From: Geobacter sulfurreducens PCA
Lineage (GTDB): Bacteria > Desulfobacterota > Desulfuromonadia > Geobacterales > Geobacteraceae
Direction: 5' to 3'
Assembly: GCF_000007985.2 (NCBI RefSeq)
Contig: NC_002939.5
Coordinates: 300,001-332,000 of the forward strand
DNA: 32,000 nucleotides
Under the pieces are notes generated by a model. It was not told the DNA's origin and did not search any database. It was given only the letters and a program-made list of their open reading frames with translations. This document shows, one piece after another, positions 15,410-23,956 of the stretch (positions are counted from its first letter, which is position 1; every line of letters starts with the position of its first letter). A program made the translations under genes and the position numbers.

Positions 15410-17047
15410 ATGGGAGCAAACGGAGGGAACGCAACGGGCAGGCCTGCGGCAGGAGGCGGGCAGTACGGGATCGTGCTGGCTGAACTCTATCGGGCGCTGA
15501 AGGCCCTGACGTTTTATCCTGAGGGGCATCCTCAGCGCGCCGAAGTCCTGGCACGGGCCCATGCCGCGCTCCGGGGAATCCTCTGGGGAACAGAGCTCGT
15601 GTTCGTCATCGGTAAGAACGGTTTCACCGCCTCGGAGGGCGGGGCTTTTGTGGAGCCGACAGCAATGACCCAGGCCCTTGCGCGGGAGCTGTTCATCCGA
15701 CGGGTAAAGCGGCTCACGATCCTGCCCGACGTCGGCGAGGCCGACCTGTCCTTGTTTCTCACCCTTTTATCCATGGACCATCGCGACGTCCACGAGGCGG
15801 GAGGGATAGAGGCGCTTATGGCCCAACTCGGCCTGACGACCATCTGGGTCAACGAAGTGGACCTTGACGAAATCCGGCGCAAGCGGGCGGTCGTCGAGCA
15901 AACCCGTTCTGCTGCGGCCCATGACGGCACCTCTGACAATGTATTGTCTGCCATCGAAAAGGTGGCGGACCAGGACGGGACACCCGAAGAGGGCAGGGAC
16001 GCGGCAGGACTGCAGGAAGAGGATCGGTTGGAGGCGGAAGCCATACTCGGCCGTATGGAGCGGGAAACCAGCGACGATCGGTACCGGGAGCTCGCCCGCC
16101 TGTTGTCGGCCCGTTGCGCGGAACTCGGCGACCGGGGTGAGTTCGAGCGGATTCTGTGGGTGTTGGTGAACCTGCACCGGCATGCGAAGAGTGAAGCGGC
16201 GAGCGCCGCGCGGCGGGGGTATGCCCTTCTTGCCTTCGAGAAGGCGGCCGGGGGGCCCATGCTCCCGTTTCTCGTAGGGCGCCTGGAGGAGCGCGGGGAG
16301 GAGCGGGAGACCCTCGTCGACCTGTTCCGGGAGATTGGCGAACCAGCGGTTGCGCTGCTGGTTGAACGCCTCACGCTGGCAGAGAGCAGGAATGCCCGGA
16401 AGCTGATCATCGATGCACTCGTGGCAATCGGTGCGGAGTCGGTGGCTCTTCTGACCGAGCATCTTGTCGACCGTCGCTGGTACGTGGTGCGGAACGCGGC
16501 GGTCATCCTCGGCGAGATCGGCGATCCTGCAAGCGCCGAACCCCTGCGGGCCTGTTTAGTTCATACGGACGTAAGGGTACGCCGGGAGGCGCTCAGGAGC
16601 CTCGTCAAGATCGGCGGTGAACAGGCAGAGGACGCGATTATCGGCCTGCTCGCAGCGGAGGATAATCTGACGAAGCGTCATGCCGTGATCTCGCTTGGTC
16701 TCCTGAAGAGCCGCCGCGCGGTGGAGCCTCTTTGTGCTCTCATCGAACGCCGCGATCCCTTTAAAAAATCGCTTGCCTTCAAGAGGGACGTCATCCAGTC
16801 CCTCGGCCGGATCGGAGACCGCCGGGCGGTGCCGTCTCTGCTCCGGCTGCTGGAGCATCGGCCCTGGTTCGGCCGACGCCGTTGGGACGACGTCCGGATG
16901 GCGGTGGTAACCACCTTGGCCCAGATCGGTGACCCGGCCGCTCTGGGACTGCTGGATTCGCTGGCAGCGAAAGGCGGCATGCTTGCGGCGGCCAGTGCCG
17001 ATGCAGCAGAAGACATCCGCCGTCGAGGGGGGGTCGTTAATGATTAA
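15410..17047 (+). CDS. HEAT-repeat (PBS-lyase-type) protein with an N-terminal domain related to that of the adjacent HD-GYP protein
   Basis: The C-terminal half has repeated motifs of the type RRWYVVRNAAVILGEIGDPASAEPL, VRVRREALRSLVKIGG, KRHAVISLGLLKSRRAVEPL, VIQSLGRIGDRRAVPSL and VVTTLAQIGDPAALGLL. I prefer ATG 15410 over the track TTG 15359, which lies inside the predicted promoter. Confidence 0.75.
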   Translation: MGANGGNATGRPAAGGGQYGIVLAELYRALKALTFYPEGHPQRAEVLARAHAALRGILWGTELVFVIGKNGFTASEGGAFVEPTAMTQALARELFIRRVKRLTILPDVGEADLSLFLTLLSMDHRDVHEAGGIEALMAQLGLTTIWVNEVDLDEIRRKRAVVEQTRSAAAHDGTSDNVLSAIEKVADQDGTPEEGRDAAGLQEEDRLEAEAILGRMERETSDDRYRELARLLSARCAELGDRGEFERILWVLVNLHRHAKSEAASAARRGYALLAFEKAAGGPMLPFLVGRLEERGEERETLVDLFREIGEPAVALLVERLTLAESRNARKLIIDALVAIGAESVALLTEHLVDRRWYVVRNAAVILGEIGDPASAEPLRACLVHTDVRVRREALRSLVKIGGEQAEDAIIGLLAAEDNLTKRHAVISLGLLKSRRAVEPLCALIERRDPFKKSLAFKRDVIQSLGRIGDRRAVPSLLRLLEHRPWFGRRRWDDVRMAVVTTLAQIGDPAALGLLDSLAAKGGMLAAASADAAEDIRRRGGVVND

Positions 17048-18401
17048 ACTTGCTCAGCCTCAGGCTCAGCGGCTCGTTCTTCTTCTGGCGGGCGCCGTGC
17101 GTTCGGTCTTGCTCTACCCCGGCTCCCATCCGGCGGTGGTCCAGCAGTTCGCCCATCTGGGCTCCCATGTGACAGAGCTTCTCCGGGCGTATCCCGAGGT
17201 CCGCATCGGCATCATTGACGGGGTCCTTTTTTGCGAAAACCATCTGTTCTTCACGCCGACCGCCGCCGAGGAGGAGCTTGCCGCCCTGCTTACCAATCGT
17301 CACGTGGAAGCAGTCGCTTTCAGGGCCGGTTTGACCCCGCTGGAGCTCGAGCGTTTCGTGGAACTGCTGACCCGGCGTGAACTCTTGGGAGAGCAGCTCG
17401 TGGCCGAAGTGAAGCGGGCTGGAATTGCTGCCATTTCGGTGGAGCTCTGCGGCAGCGGCGCCACCGAGGATCATTCCCAGGGGGATGATGAGTATGATCC
17501 GGGCACGACCTATCGCGAGGCGCTGGATGTGGTGACCGGGCTGTTCAGTGAGGTGGAAAAGGGTCGTATTCCGAGTTCCGACAAGCTGCGCGGGGTTGTC
17601 GACCGCATGGCGACCATGATCATGCAGGATCGTGCCACGCTGCTCGGTCTTGCCATGATCAAGGATTACGACAACTACACCTTTTGTCATAGCGTCAACG
17701 TCGGGATTCTCTCCATGTCGCTCGGCGCCGCCGCGGGGCTTCAGCGGGACGAGCTGGGAGAGCTCGGCATGGCCGGATTTCTTCACGATGTGGGGAAAAC
17801 CCGGGTGGAGATAACAATCCTCAACAAGCCCGGTCGGCTTTCCTCTGACGAGTACGAGCGCATGAAAATGCATTCGGAAGAGGGGGCCCGGATTGTGGGC
17901 GAGATGCCAGGGGTGGGGGAGCGGATTGCCCGGGCGGTGCTCGGCCATCATATCCGTTTCGACCGTGCCGGCTATCCCGAGTCGGCCCGCGCTTTGGCCT
18001 TTGACCGGTTTTGCGACATCATCGCCGTTGCCGACTGCTATGATGCCATCACAACCCTGCGGGTCTACAAGTCGCCCCTCAATCCCAAGGACGCCCTCCT
18101 GAAGCTCAGGAGCCTCGCCGGCAGCCACCTGGACAGCGGCCTCGTGCAGGCGTTCACCGAGATGATGGGACGTTATCCCGTGGGAACACTTGTGCGCCTC
18201 GATACCAATGAAGTGGCCGTGGTCTTCCGTCCCGACCCCAATGGGGGGGAGCGCCCGGTGGTAAAAGTCGTGGCGGACCCGGCGGGCCGGCTGCTGGATC
18301 CGGCACACATGAAGAACCTGGCACGGGAGACGGGCACGCGCATTGTTTCGGTCGTTGATCCGCTGATGACCGCAATTGACGTCAACCGCTATCTCGGCTG
18401 A
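17040..18401 (+). CDS. HD-GYP domain protein (putative c-di-GMP phosphodiesterase)
   Basis: Motifs HSVNV ... GFLHDVGK ... HHIRFDRAGYPE ... AVADCYDA are present. ATG 17040 (MIKLAQP...) overlaps the upstream TAA (17045-17047) by 8 nt. The track start 16929 lies inside the upstream gene. Confidence 0.85.
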   Translation: MIKLAQPQAQRLVLLLAGAVRSVLLYPGSHPAVVQQFAHLGSHVTELLRAYPEVRIGIIDGVLFCENHLFFTPTAAEEELAALLTNRHVEAVAFRAGLTPLELERFVELLTRRELLGEQLVAEVKRAGIAAISVELCGSGATEDHSQGDDEYDPGTTYREALDVVTGLFSEVEKGRIPSSDKLRGVVDRMATMIMQDRATLLGLAMIKDYDNYTFCHSVNVGILSMSLGAAAGLQRDELGELGMAGFLHDVGKTRVEITILNKPGRLSSDEYERMKMHSEEGARIVGEMPGVGERIARAVLGHHIRFDRAGYPESARALAFDRFCDIIAVADCYDAITTLRVYKSPLNPKDALLKLRSLAGSHLDSGLVQAFTEMMGRYPVGTLVRLDTNEVAVVFRPDPNGGERPVVKVVADPAGRLLDPAHMKNLARETGTRIVSVVDPLMTAIDVNRYLG

Positions 18402-18410
18402 CCTTTGTAA

Positions 18411-18992
18411 TCACTCGAAGGGGAGGGTGCCCAAGGCTTCGGCCGCTGCTGCACGGGTCGCCGGATGGGGGGAGGAGAGGAGCGCGAGGAGTTTCCCCTC
18501 ATGGTCTGCTGAGCCGATGTTGCCGACCGCTCGGGCCGCCTCGGCATCGAGGAAGCCGTCCCGGGCGTCAAGGAACGGCAGGATAAGGCGAATGGCCTCC
18601 GTGGTCCGGTACCTGCCCAGAGCCTCGATGGCTTTGGCCTGAACCGCAGCCGACGGCTCGCGCAGGCATTCGGCGAGCAGAGGGAAGGCCTGGGGGGTGG
18701 CCAGGGTGCCGAGGACGTCGATGGCGGCGATCCGGATGTCCTCCTCCGGTCGCATGGCGCAGTACATGAGAGGAGTAAGCACTCGTTCGCCCCCGATCCT
18801 TCCCAGGGCATAGATGGCTCGTATCTTGGCGCCGCGATTCCCTTTTTTCAGCTGCTCGATAACCTCGGCAAAGCTGCCTGCACCCTCGATCCGCTCGATG
18901 GCCCTGGCCGCCGCTTCGCGAACCTCTTCGGCGGGGTCCTTCAGGAGAGCAATAAGTTCTTCGCGTCGTGTCATTGAAACCTGTGCCTTCAT
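18411..18992 (-). CDS. Small HEAT-repeat protein
   Basis: Repeats of the type VREAAARAIERIEG, IRAIYALGRIGGERVLTPL, IRIAAIDVLGTLATPQAFPLL, VQAKAIEALGRY and TRAAAAEALGTL. The start is uncertain: ATG 18992 or 18974, while the track uses TTG 19031. The gene is convergent with the HD-GYP gene, with 9 nt between the stops. Confidence 0.7.
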   Translation of the reverse strand: MKAQVSMTRREELIALLKDPAEEVREAAARAIERIEGAGSFAEVIEQLKKGNRGAKIRAIYALGRIGGERVLTPLMYCAMRPEEDIRIAAIDVLGTLATPQAFPLLAECLREPSAAVQAKAIEALGRYRTTEAIRLILPFLDARDGFLDAEAARAVGNIGSADHEGKLLALLSSPHPATRAAAAEALGTLPFE

Positions 18993-19099
18993 GTCAGGGG
19001 CATTAGTACCAGAGTTGGAACAACTGAGCAATTGATATTATACCCGAGAATGGTGCTGTGCAAGGCCGTGGATTCCCGGGTCCCGGAAGGATAAACTCT

Positions 19100-19432
19100 A
19101 TGAAACTGAACATCAAGGCTGCGCTTCTCTCGGCGTTCGTGCTCCCCGGCCTCGGTCAGCTCAAAAACGGCCGGAGGGCCAAGGGAGGAGTACTGCTTCT
19201 GCTGTCCAATGTGTTTCTTATCGGGGCTGTTTTCGTGGTCCTCAGAGGATTGGGGCCGGTGCTCGTCAAGGCGAAGATTACCGGGGTCGTCGATGCCAAT
19301 GCCGTTGCTGAAACGATGGCGTCAGGGGGGGCGGTTGCCATGGGGCTGCTCGCCTTTTTTGCCGCCGTCTGGTGCTATGCCGTCGTCGACGCCCTGTTCG
19401 ACCGGGGCGACGAAACGGATGCGGACGGTTAA
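19100..19432 (+). CDS. Small integral membrane protein (about 110 aa, about 3 TM segments), function unknown
   Basis: ATG 19100 is preceded by GGAAGGA. Hydrophobic segments are AALLSAFVLPGLGQL, GVLLLLSNVFLIGAVFVVL and AVAMGLLAFFAAVWCYAVV. I do not recognise a confident family. Confidence 0.55.
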   Translation: MKLNIKAALLSAFVLPGLGQLKNGRRAKGGVLLLLSNVFLIGAVFVVLRGLGPVLVKAKITGVVDANAVAETMASGGAVAMGLLAFFAAVWCYAVVDALFDRGDETDADG

Positions 19433-19437
19433 TTGCT

Positions 19438-19467
19438 TTGACATTTGATCGTGAAATGTGAGATATT
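19438..19467 (+). promoter_or_regulatory. Possible sigma70 promoter upstream of fabH (TTGACA-N18-GATATT with TGn extended -10)
   Basis: TTGACA is at 19438-19443, TG at 19459-19460 and GATATT at 19462-19467. Motif match only. Confidence 0.4.
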
Positions 19468-19529
19468 TCGAGGAATTATCAAGTAGCCCCGGCGGGGGGT
19501 TCCGTGTTTCACGGGGAGCGGAGAGTCTC

Positions 19530-20510
19530 ATGTTTCATTCAATCGTCCTTGCCACCGGCGGCCAGGTTCCCGAGCGGGTGGTCCCCAATTCCCATTTCTC
19601 ATACCTGGTCGACGACGCCGACACGTGGATCCAGTCCCGAACCGGCATTCGGGAGCGCCGGTTCGCCGCTCCAGACGAGGCCACGTCCGATCTGGCCACT
19701 GCCGCGGCCCTCAAGGCCCTTGACCGTGCCGGCATGGGGGCAGGGGAGCTCGACTGCCTCATCGTGGCCACGTCCACGCCCGACATGTGCCTGCCGGCCA
19801 CGGCATGCATGGTCCAGAAAAATATCGGTGCCGTGAATGCCTTTGCCTTCGATATGAATGCAGTCTGCAGCGGGTTCGTCTTCGGGCTGGAAACGGCAGA
19901 CAACTTCATCCGGTCCGGCAAATACGAACGGGTCATGGTGATCGGCGCCGACACCTACTCGAAGATTCTCGATTTTCAGGACCAGACCACCTGCCCCCTG
20001 TTCGGTGACGGGGCCGGCGCGGTTATTCTGGGAAGGACCACCGAGCGCACCGGTATCCTCCAGAGTGTCATCCGGAGCGACGGCAGCGGCTGGGAACTGA
20101 TTCAGGTGCCCTCGTCGGGGTCCCGCAAGCCGGTGACCGCCGAGACCATCGCCCTGAGGGAAAATTCCTTCCGCATGGCTGGGAAGCAGGTCTTTATCTT
20201 CGCCACCGACGTAATTCCTCAGATTATCGAGGAAGTGACGACAAAAGCCGGGGTGGCGGTGACCGATCTGGACCACATAATTCCGCACCAGGCCAATTAT
20301 CGGATCATCGACTTCATTTCCCGCAAGACCGGTATTCCCAAAGAACGTTTTCTTCTAAACCTGGATCGCTACGGTAACACGGCCGCTGCGTCGGTTGGGC
20401 TCGCGCTGGACGAATACCTGCGCAATGGCACCATCAAGCCGGGGGAACTCGTTCTCATGATGGGGTTCGGCGGCGGGCTTTCCTGGGGGGGGATCCTCAT
20501 CAGGGCCTGA
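19530..20510 (+). CDS. fabH: 3-oxoacyl-ACP synthase III (FabH-type)
   Basis: MFHSIVLATGGQVPERVVPN..., TGIRERR, active-site Cys context NAVCSGF, His context IPHQAN and Asn context YGNTAAAS. ATG 19530 is preceded by GGAG. The track start 19458 adds 24 unsupported residues. Confidence 0.9.
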   Translation: MFHSIVLATGGQVPERVVPNSHFSYLVDDADTWIQSRTGIRERRFAAPDEATSDLATAAALKALDRAGMGAGELDCLIVATSTPDMCLPATACMVQKNIGAVNAFAFDMNAVCSGFVFGLETADNFIRSGKYERVMVIGADTYSKILDFQDQTTCPLFGDGAGAVILGRTTERTGILQSVIRSDGSGWELIQVPSSGSRKPVTAETIALRENSFRMAGKQVFIFATDVIPQIIEEVTTKAGVAVTDLDHIIPHQANYRIIDFISRKTGIPKERFLLNLDRYGNTAAASVGLALDEYLRNGTIKPGELVLMMGFGGGLSWGGILIRA

Positions 20511-21558
20511 CCCCGGCAACGCCCTCCCCCACGGTGAGTACGGTGAGCCCCGCGCCGCGCAGCATCTCTTCCAGCATGGCGGCGGGGACCCGCCGCTTCC
20601 ATCCCTCGTGGAACCGGTCGGCCGCCACAATGAGTCCGCCCGGAGCCAGGCGGGCCGCAAGTCGTGCGATCGTGCGCTCAAGCGTCTGCCGGTCGTGGAT
20701 GAACGGTCCTCCCAGAATACCGTTACAGAGAATCACGTCCCAGGCCCCTCCTGTCGCCTCCCTGATATCCTCGCGCACGAACCCGATGGACGTCGCCGCT
20801 CCTGCGGCGAGAAGCGGCGCGGCAAAGCTCCGCAGGACTTCCCCGCGCCGTTGATCGTGGGGGAAAAATGCGTGGCGGGCCGCAAAGAGCTCGATCTCTT
20901 CGAGGGAGCTGCCGAGCACGCGGAAGCGGTCCGGCGCAACGCCCATCCCCATCAGGAGACGAGCCAGGGCGTAAGTCCCTTCACCGCAACCGCAAGCAGC
21001 ATCGAGCACGGAGAAGATACCCCCTTCCGGGGTGCCCCGCTGTCTTATCCATCGCTTCAGAAAGGCGGTCTGGTCCGGGTAGCGGTCGAAGCCGCCACCG
21101 TAGTGGCGGGGGATGAAGAGGGAAAATACGAAGCTCGTGCGCCTCGCGCCATCCCCGGCCAACTGTTCAAGAAGTCGGGCCGGGTTCCCCCGGGCTGCGG
21201 AGACGTCGAGCCGTTCGAGCAGGTCGAGCCACGAGCAGGCGGTTGTCAGTGGGGTCGCTTCCAGAAGGGGGGGGAACCGGAGCGTCAGTCTGAAAAGCCG
21301 GGAAAATGCCGGCAGTATTTCCGCGAGGGGCAGAAGAAGATCGGTCAGGGCACGCATCTCCCGCGTGACCACGAGCCCGCTGTCCCACATGCCGAAGGGA
21401 TAGATGCCGCAGTAGATGCGGAACCGTTCCCGGAGACGGGCGATGCGCCGGTCGAGGTCGGCGTCGACGATAGGGCCTGAGACGAGAAGCCGTGATAGTT
21501 CGTTTGAGGTCTCGGCCGGATCGAAACAAGGGTGGAGCGGGGTGTGGTGCGGGCTCAT
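20500..21558 (-). CDS. Class I SAM-dependent methyltransferase with CheR-like motifs and a long unassigned N-terminal region
   Basis: Motif I VLDAACGCGEGTYALARLL parallels RIWSAGSSSGEEAYTMAMML in the window's own CheR. WDVILCNGILGG parallels FDFIFCANVLIY. The 3' end overlaps the fabH 3' end by 11 bp (convergent). Confidence 0.7.
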   Translation of the reverse strand: MSPHHTPLHPCFDPAETSNELSRLLVSGPIVDADLDRRIARLRERFRIYCGIYPFGMWDSGLVVTREMRALTDLLLPLAEILPAFSRLFRLTLRFPPLLEATPLTTACSWLDLLERLDVSAARGNPARLLEQLAGDGARRTSFVFSLFIPRHYGGGFDRYPDQTAFLKRWIRQRGTPEGGIFSVLDAACGCGEGTYALARLLMGMGVAPDRFRVLGSSLEEIELFAARHAFFPHDQRRGEVLRSFAAPLLAAGAATSIGFVREDIREATGGAWDVILCNGILGGPFIHDRQTLERTIARLAARLAPGGLIVAADRFHEGWKRRVPAAMLEEMLRGAGLTVLTVGEGVAGVRP

Positions 21559-21685
21559 GGTCGGGAGATTCTAGCCGGCCCTGACGTGTCTGTCCAGCGC
21601 ACGAGGGATGCCTGAGGTGATAATGCTGCAACGGCTGTGGACATTCATTCTAGTGACGGCATGGTGCCTCGTGCCGCCGTTCACC

Positions 21686-21716
21686 AAAAACGGCAGCCCC
21701 TGTGCCGGGACTGCCG
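21686..21716 (-). terminator. Rho-independent terminator (10-bp GC-rich stem, 6-nt loop, U5)
   Basis: The minus-strand RNA reads CGGCAGUCCC-GGCACA-GGGGCUGCCG-UUUUU. It lies 234 nt downstream of the cheB stop and about 130 nt upstream of the methyltransferase ATG. Confidence 0.6.
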
Positions 21717-21949
21717 CATCTGTCGGTTCACGTGGTCCGGGGGGCGTGCAGAGGGACTTGGCACCACTGGCCCGCTTCCTTTCCTGCCCCGAGTCGGGGG
21801 TCGACCACAACGGTGAGCTGTCGCTCTTTATCCCCCACTGTCCGGCCCTGGCCGGACCGTTGTTGTTGTTCCGTCTCAAGCGGACCGGCTTCTCCCTGTG
21901 CCGTGCCCTGATCCGTGAGGGAGGTATCCTGCTCTCGGCGCGCCGTTGA

Positions 21950-23038
21950 TCACCCACCCAGACGGGCGATCTCCGAACCGATCTGGGTGAGGGGAAGCAC
22001 CGTGTCTGCGACGCCCCCCTCGATGCAGGCCCGCGGCATGCCGTAGATGGTGGAGGTGGCCTCGTCCTGGACGATGGTGATGCCACCCTTGCTTTTCAAG
22101 TGCTTCATCCCCTTGAATCCGTCGCTCCCCATGCCCGTAAGGATCACTCCCAGGGCCGATCCGTTGGTGGCGTCAGCCAGGGTGGTCATCATGTGGTCCA
22201 CCGACGGAATGTAGATGTACTGGGGGCACTCGGCGGTGGAGAGCGTCCGAACCACGATCGAGTTTCCCTGGCGGGCCAGCGCCATGTGACGACCGCCCGG
22301 GGCAACGAGGACCACGCCGGGCTGGATGATGTCGCCATCATTCGCCTCCTTGATCTGGAGGGAACACTTGCTGTTGAGTCGTTCGGCGTAGGGCCCCGTG
22401 AATGCCTTGGGCATGTGGATGGCCACCACGATGCCATGGGGGTAGTTGCCGGGGATGCGGCCCAGGACCTCCTGGAGCGCCACCGGGCCGCCGGTGGAGG
22501 CGCCAATGCCCACGTAGTGGAACTTGCCGGCCAATGCCTGCGAGGGGCGCGGAGCGGGCTGCACCTGCCGGGGGGGAGCGATGATCGCCCGGGGGGCCGA
22601 TGTGGTCATCGGCCGGCCGAAGATAGAGCTGGCGGCTCCCTTGACCTTGCGCAGCAACTCTTCCCGGAAGACTCGCTGGGCATCGGCGCTGTCGGTCACG
22701 TTTTTCGGAATGTAGTCGATGGCGCCTGCATCGAGGGCGTCAAAGGTGGCCTTGGCTCCCTCGCAGGTGAGGGTTGAGACCATCAGGACCCGTGTCGGGC
22801 ACTTGGCCATGACCTGTTTGAGGGCGGAGATCCCGTCCAGCCGTGGCATCTCGATGTCCATGGTGATCAGGTCCGGTTTCAGGGCCAGGGCTTTTTCAAC
22901 CCCTTCCATCCCATCAACGGCTATGCCGACCACCTCGATCGCCGGGTCCTTTTCGAGTACGCTCCGGATCACCATCCTCATGAAAGAAGAATCGTCGACG
23001 ACCAGGACTCGCAGTTTTCGTGTCTGATTCTGAAGCAT
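21950..23038 (-). CDS. cheB: Chemotaxis response regulator protein-glutamate methylesterase
   Basis: REC domain (VLVVDDSSFMR, ITMDIEMPRLDG) plus methylesterase domain (GASTGGPVALQEVL, HMPKAFT, LTGMGSDG). I take ATG 23038 as the likely start; the track uses TTG 23044. Confidence 0.9.
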   Translation of the reverse strand: MLQNQTRKLRVLVVDDSSFMRMVIRSVLEKDPAIEVVGIAVDGMEGVEKALALKPDLITMDIEMPRLDGISALKQVMAKCPTRVLMVSTLTCEGAKATFDALDAGAIDYIPKNVTDSADAQRVFREELLRKVKGAASSIFGRPMTTSAPRAIIAPPRQVQPAPRPSQALAGKFHYVGIGASTGGPVALQEVLGRIPGNYPHGIVVAIHMPKAFTGPYAERLNSKCSLQIKEANDGDIIQPGVVLVAPGGRHMALARQGNSIVVRTLSTAECPQYIYIPSVDHMMTTLADATNGSALGVILTGMGSDGFKGMKHLKSKGGITIVQDEATSTIYGMPRACIEGGVADTVLPLTQIGSEIARLGG

Positions 23039-23044
23039 GCACAA

Positions 23045-23956
23045 TCACCCGTTCTTGAAGATATTACCTACCAACTCACTGATTTCTTCCACCCGGTCAT
23101 CCAGTTCGTAGCAGAACCGCTCAATGTCGAGCTCGGAGAGCCGCGAGCCGGGGCCCTGGAGCATTCCCCACGCCGGTTCATCGGCCAGGGAAAAGCTTAC
23201 CCAGGCTTTGCCGCCGTAGTCAAGCTGGCGCACGTTGCAGAAGAGATCGGCCAGATTGACGATGGCGGTGAGCCGGGGGGCATTTTTCGCCTCCTGGGGG
23301 GCGTGATGGTGGGCGATCACCTCGCAGTAATCATCGGGGAAGCGCCACGCCCGGGCGATGCAAAGCCCGATCTCGCAGTGGGTCGTTCCAAGGAATTCCT
23401 CCTCGGCCTCGACGAGCTTGTGGGGCTTGTCGCTGATGGAGTCGACGATCTTCTGGAACTCATCCCGCATGTAATAGCTGAGGAATACCTCGCCGATGTC
23501 GTGGATGATCCCTCCGATGTATGCTTTTTCCGTATCGTGGTATCCCACCTTTTCCGCGATCAGCCGGGCCACGATGCCGACGCCGAAGGAGTGCTCCCAG
23601 AACGGTTTGACGCCGAGGACGCCATCTTTTCCCTCGGAGCACTGGATGATGGAGCAGGTGAGGATGAACTCCCGGATATGCCGCAGCCCCAGATAGACCA
23701 GAGCCCCCTTGAGGGAGGTGATCTCGGTGGCCGGACGATAGAGGGGCGAGTTCACCATCTTGAGAACCCTGGCGGCCATGACCTGGTCGGTCAGAACCAG
23801 CTCGGCCACATCATCCACATCGACTTCTGGCTCGTCCAGGAGTGAAAGGACCTGAATGGCGACAGCGGGGATGGTGGGAAGATCGATCATCCCGCCGAGC
23901 AGTGCGGCCGCCTTTTCCATTTTGCTCGTTTCCACAGGTTCCGTACCACCTTTCAT
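23045..23956 (-). CDS. HDOD domain protein
   Basis: LPTIPAVAIQVLSLLDEPEVDVDDVAELVLTDQVMAARVLKMVNSPLY ... GGIIHDIG ... is typical of HDOD. ATG 23956 overlaps the cheR stop (ATGA). The stop lies 6 nt before the cheB ATG. Confidence 0.85.
   Translation of the reverse strand: MKGGTEPVETSKMEKAAALLGGMIDLPTIPAVAIQVLSLLDEPEVDVDDVAELVLTDQVMAARVLKMVNSPLYRPATEITSLKGALVYLGLRHIREFILTCSIIQCSEGKDGVLGVKPFWEHSFGVGIVARLIAEKVGYHDTEKAYIGGIIHDIGEVFLSYYMRDEFQKIVDSISDKPHKLVEAEEEFLGTTHCEIGLCIARAWRFPDDYCEVIAHHHAPQEAKNAPRLTAIVNLADLFCNVRQLDYGGKAWVSFSLADEPAWGMLQGPGSRLSELDIERFCYELDDRVEEISELVGNIFKNG

Noticed and set aside
15532-18308. Long minus-strand ORFs 15532..16506 (324 aa), 15767..16462 (231 aa), 16678..17016 and 17037..18308 (423 aa).
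   Set aside because: They are Arg/Ser/Pro-rich or Gly/His/Pro-rich with no motifs, and lie antisense to ORFs with clear HEAT and HD-GYP signatures.
19599-21480. ORFs 19599..20288 (-) and 20608..21480 (+), at 229-290 aa.
   Set aside because: They lie antisense to fabH and to the methyltransferase, both of which have clear catalytic motifs. Their own translations are low-complexity.
21840-21910. On the minus strand, GGCACAGGGAGAAGCC followed by hairpins looked superficially like the start of a GEMM-I c-di-GMP riboswitch (GCACAGGGCAAACC...).
   Set aside because: The second conserved half (GGGACGCAAAGCC... with its tetraloop-receptor arrangement) is absent. The element would also lie in a 3' UTR rather than upstream of a gene. 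An Infernal scan would settle it.
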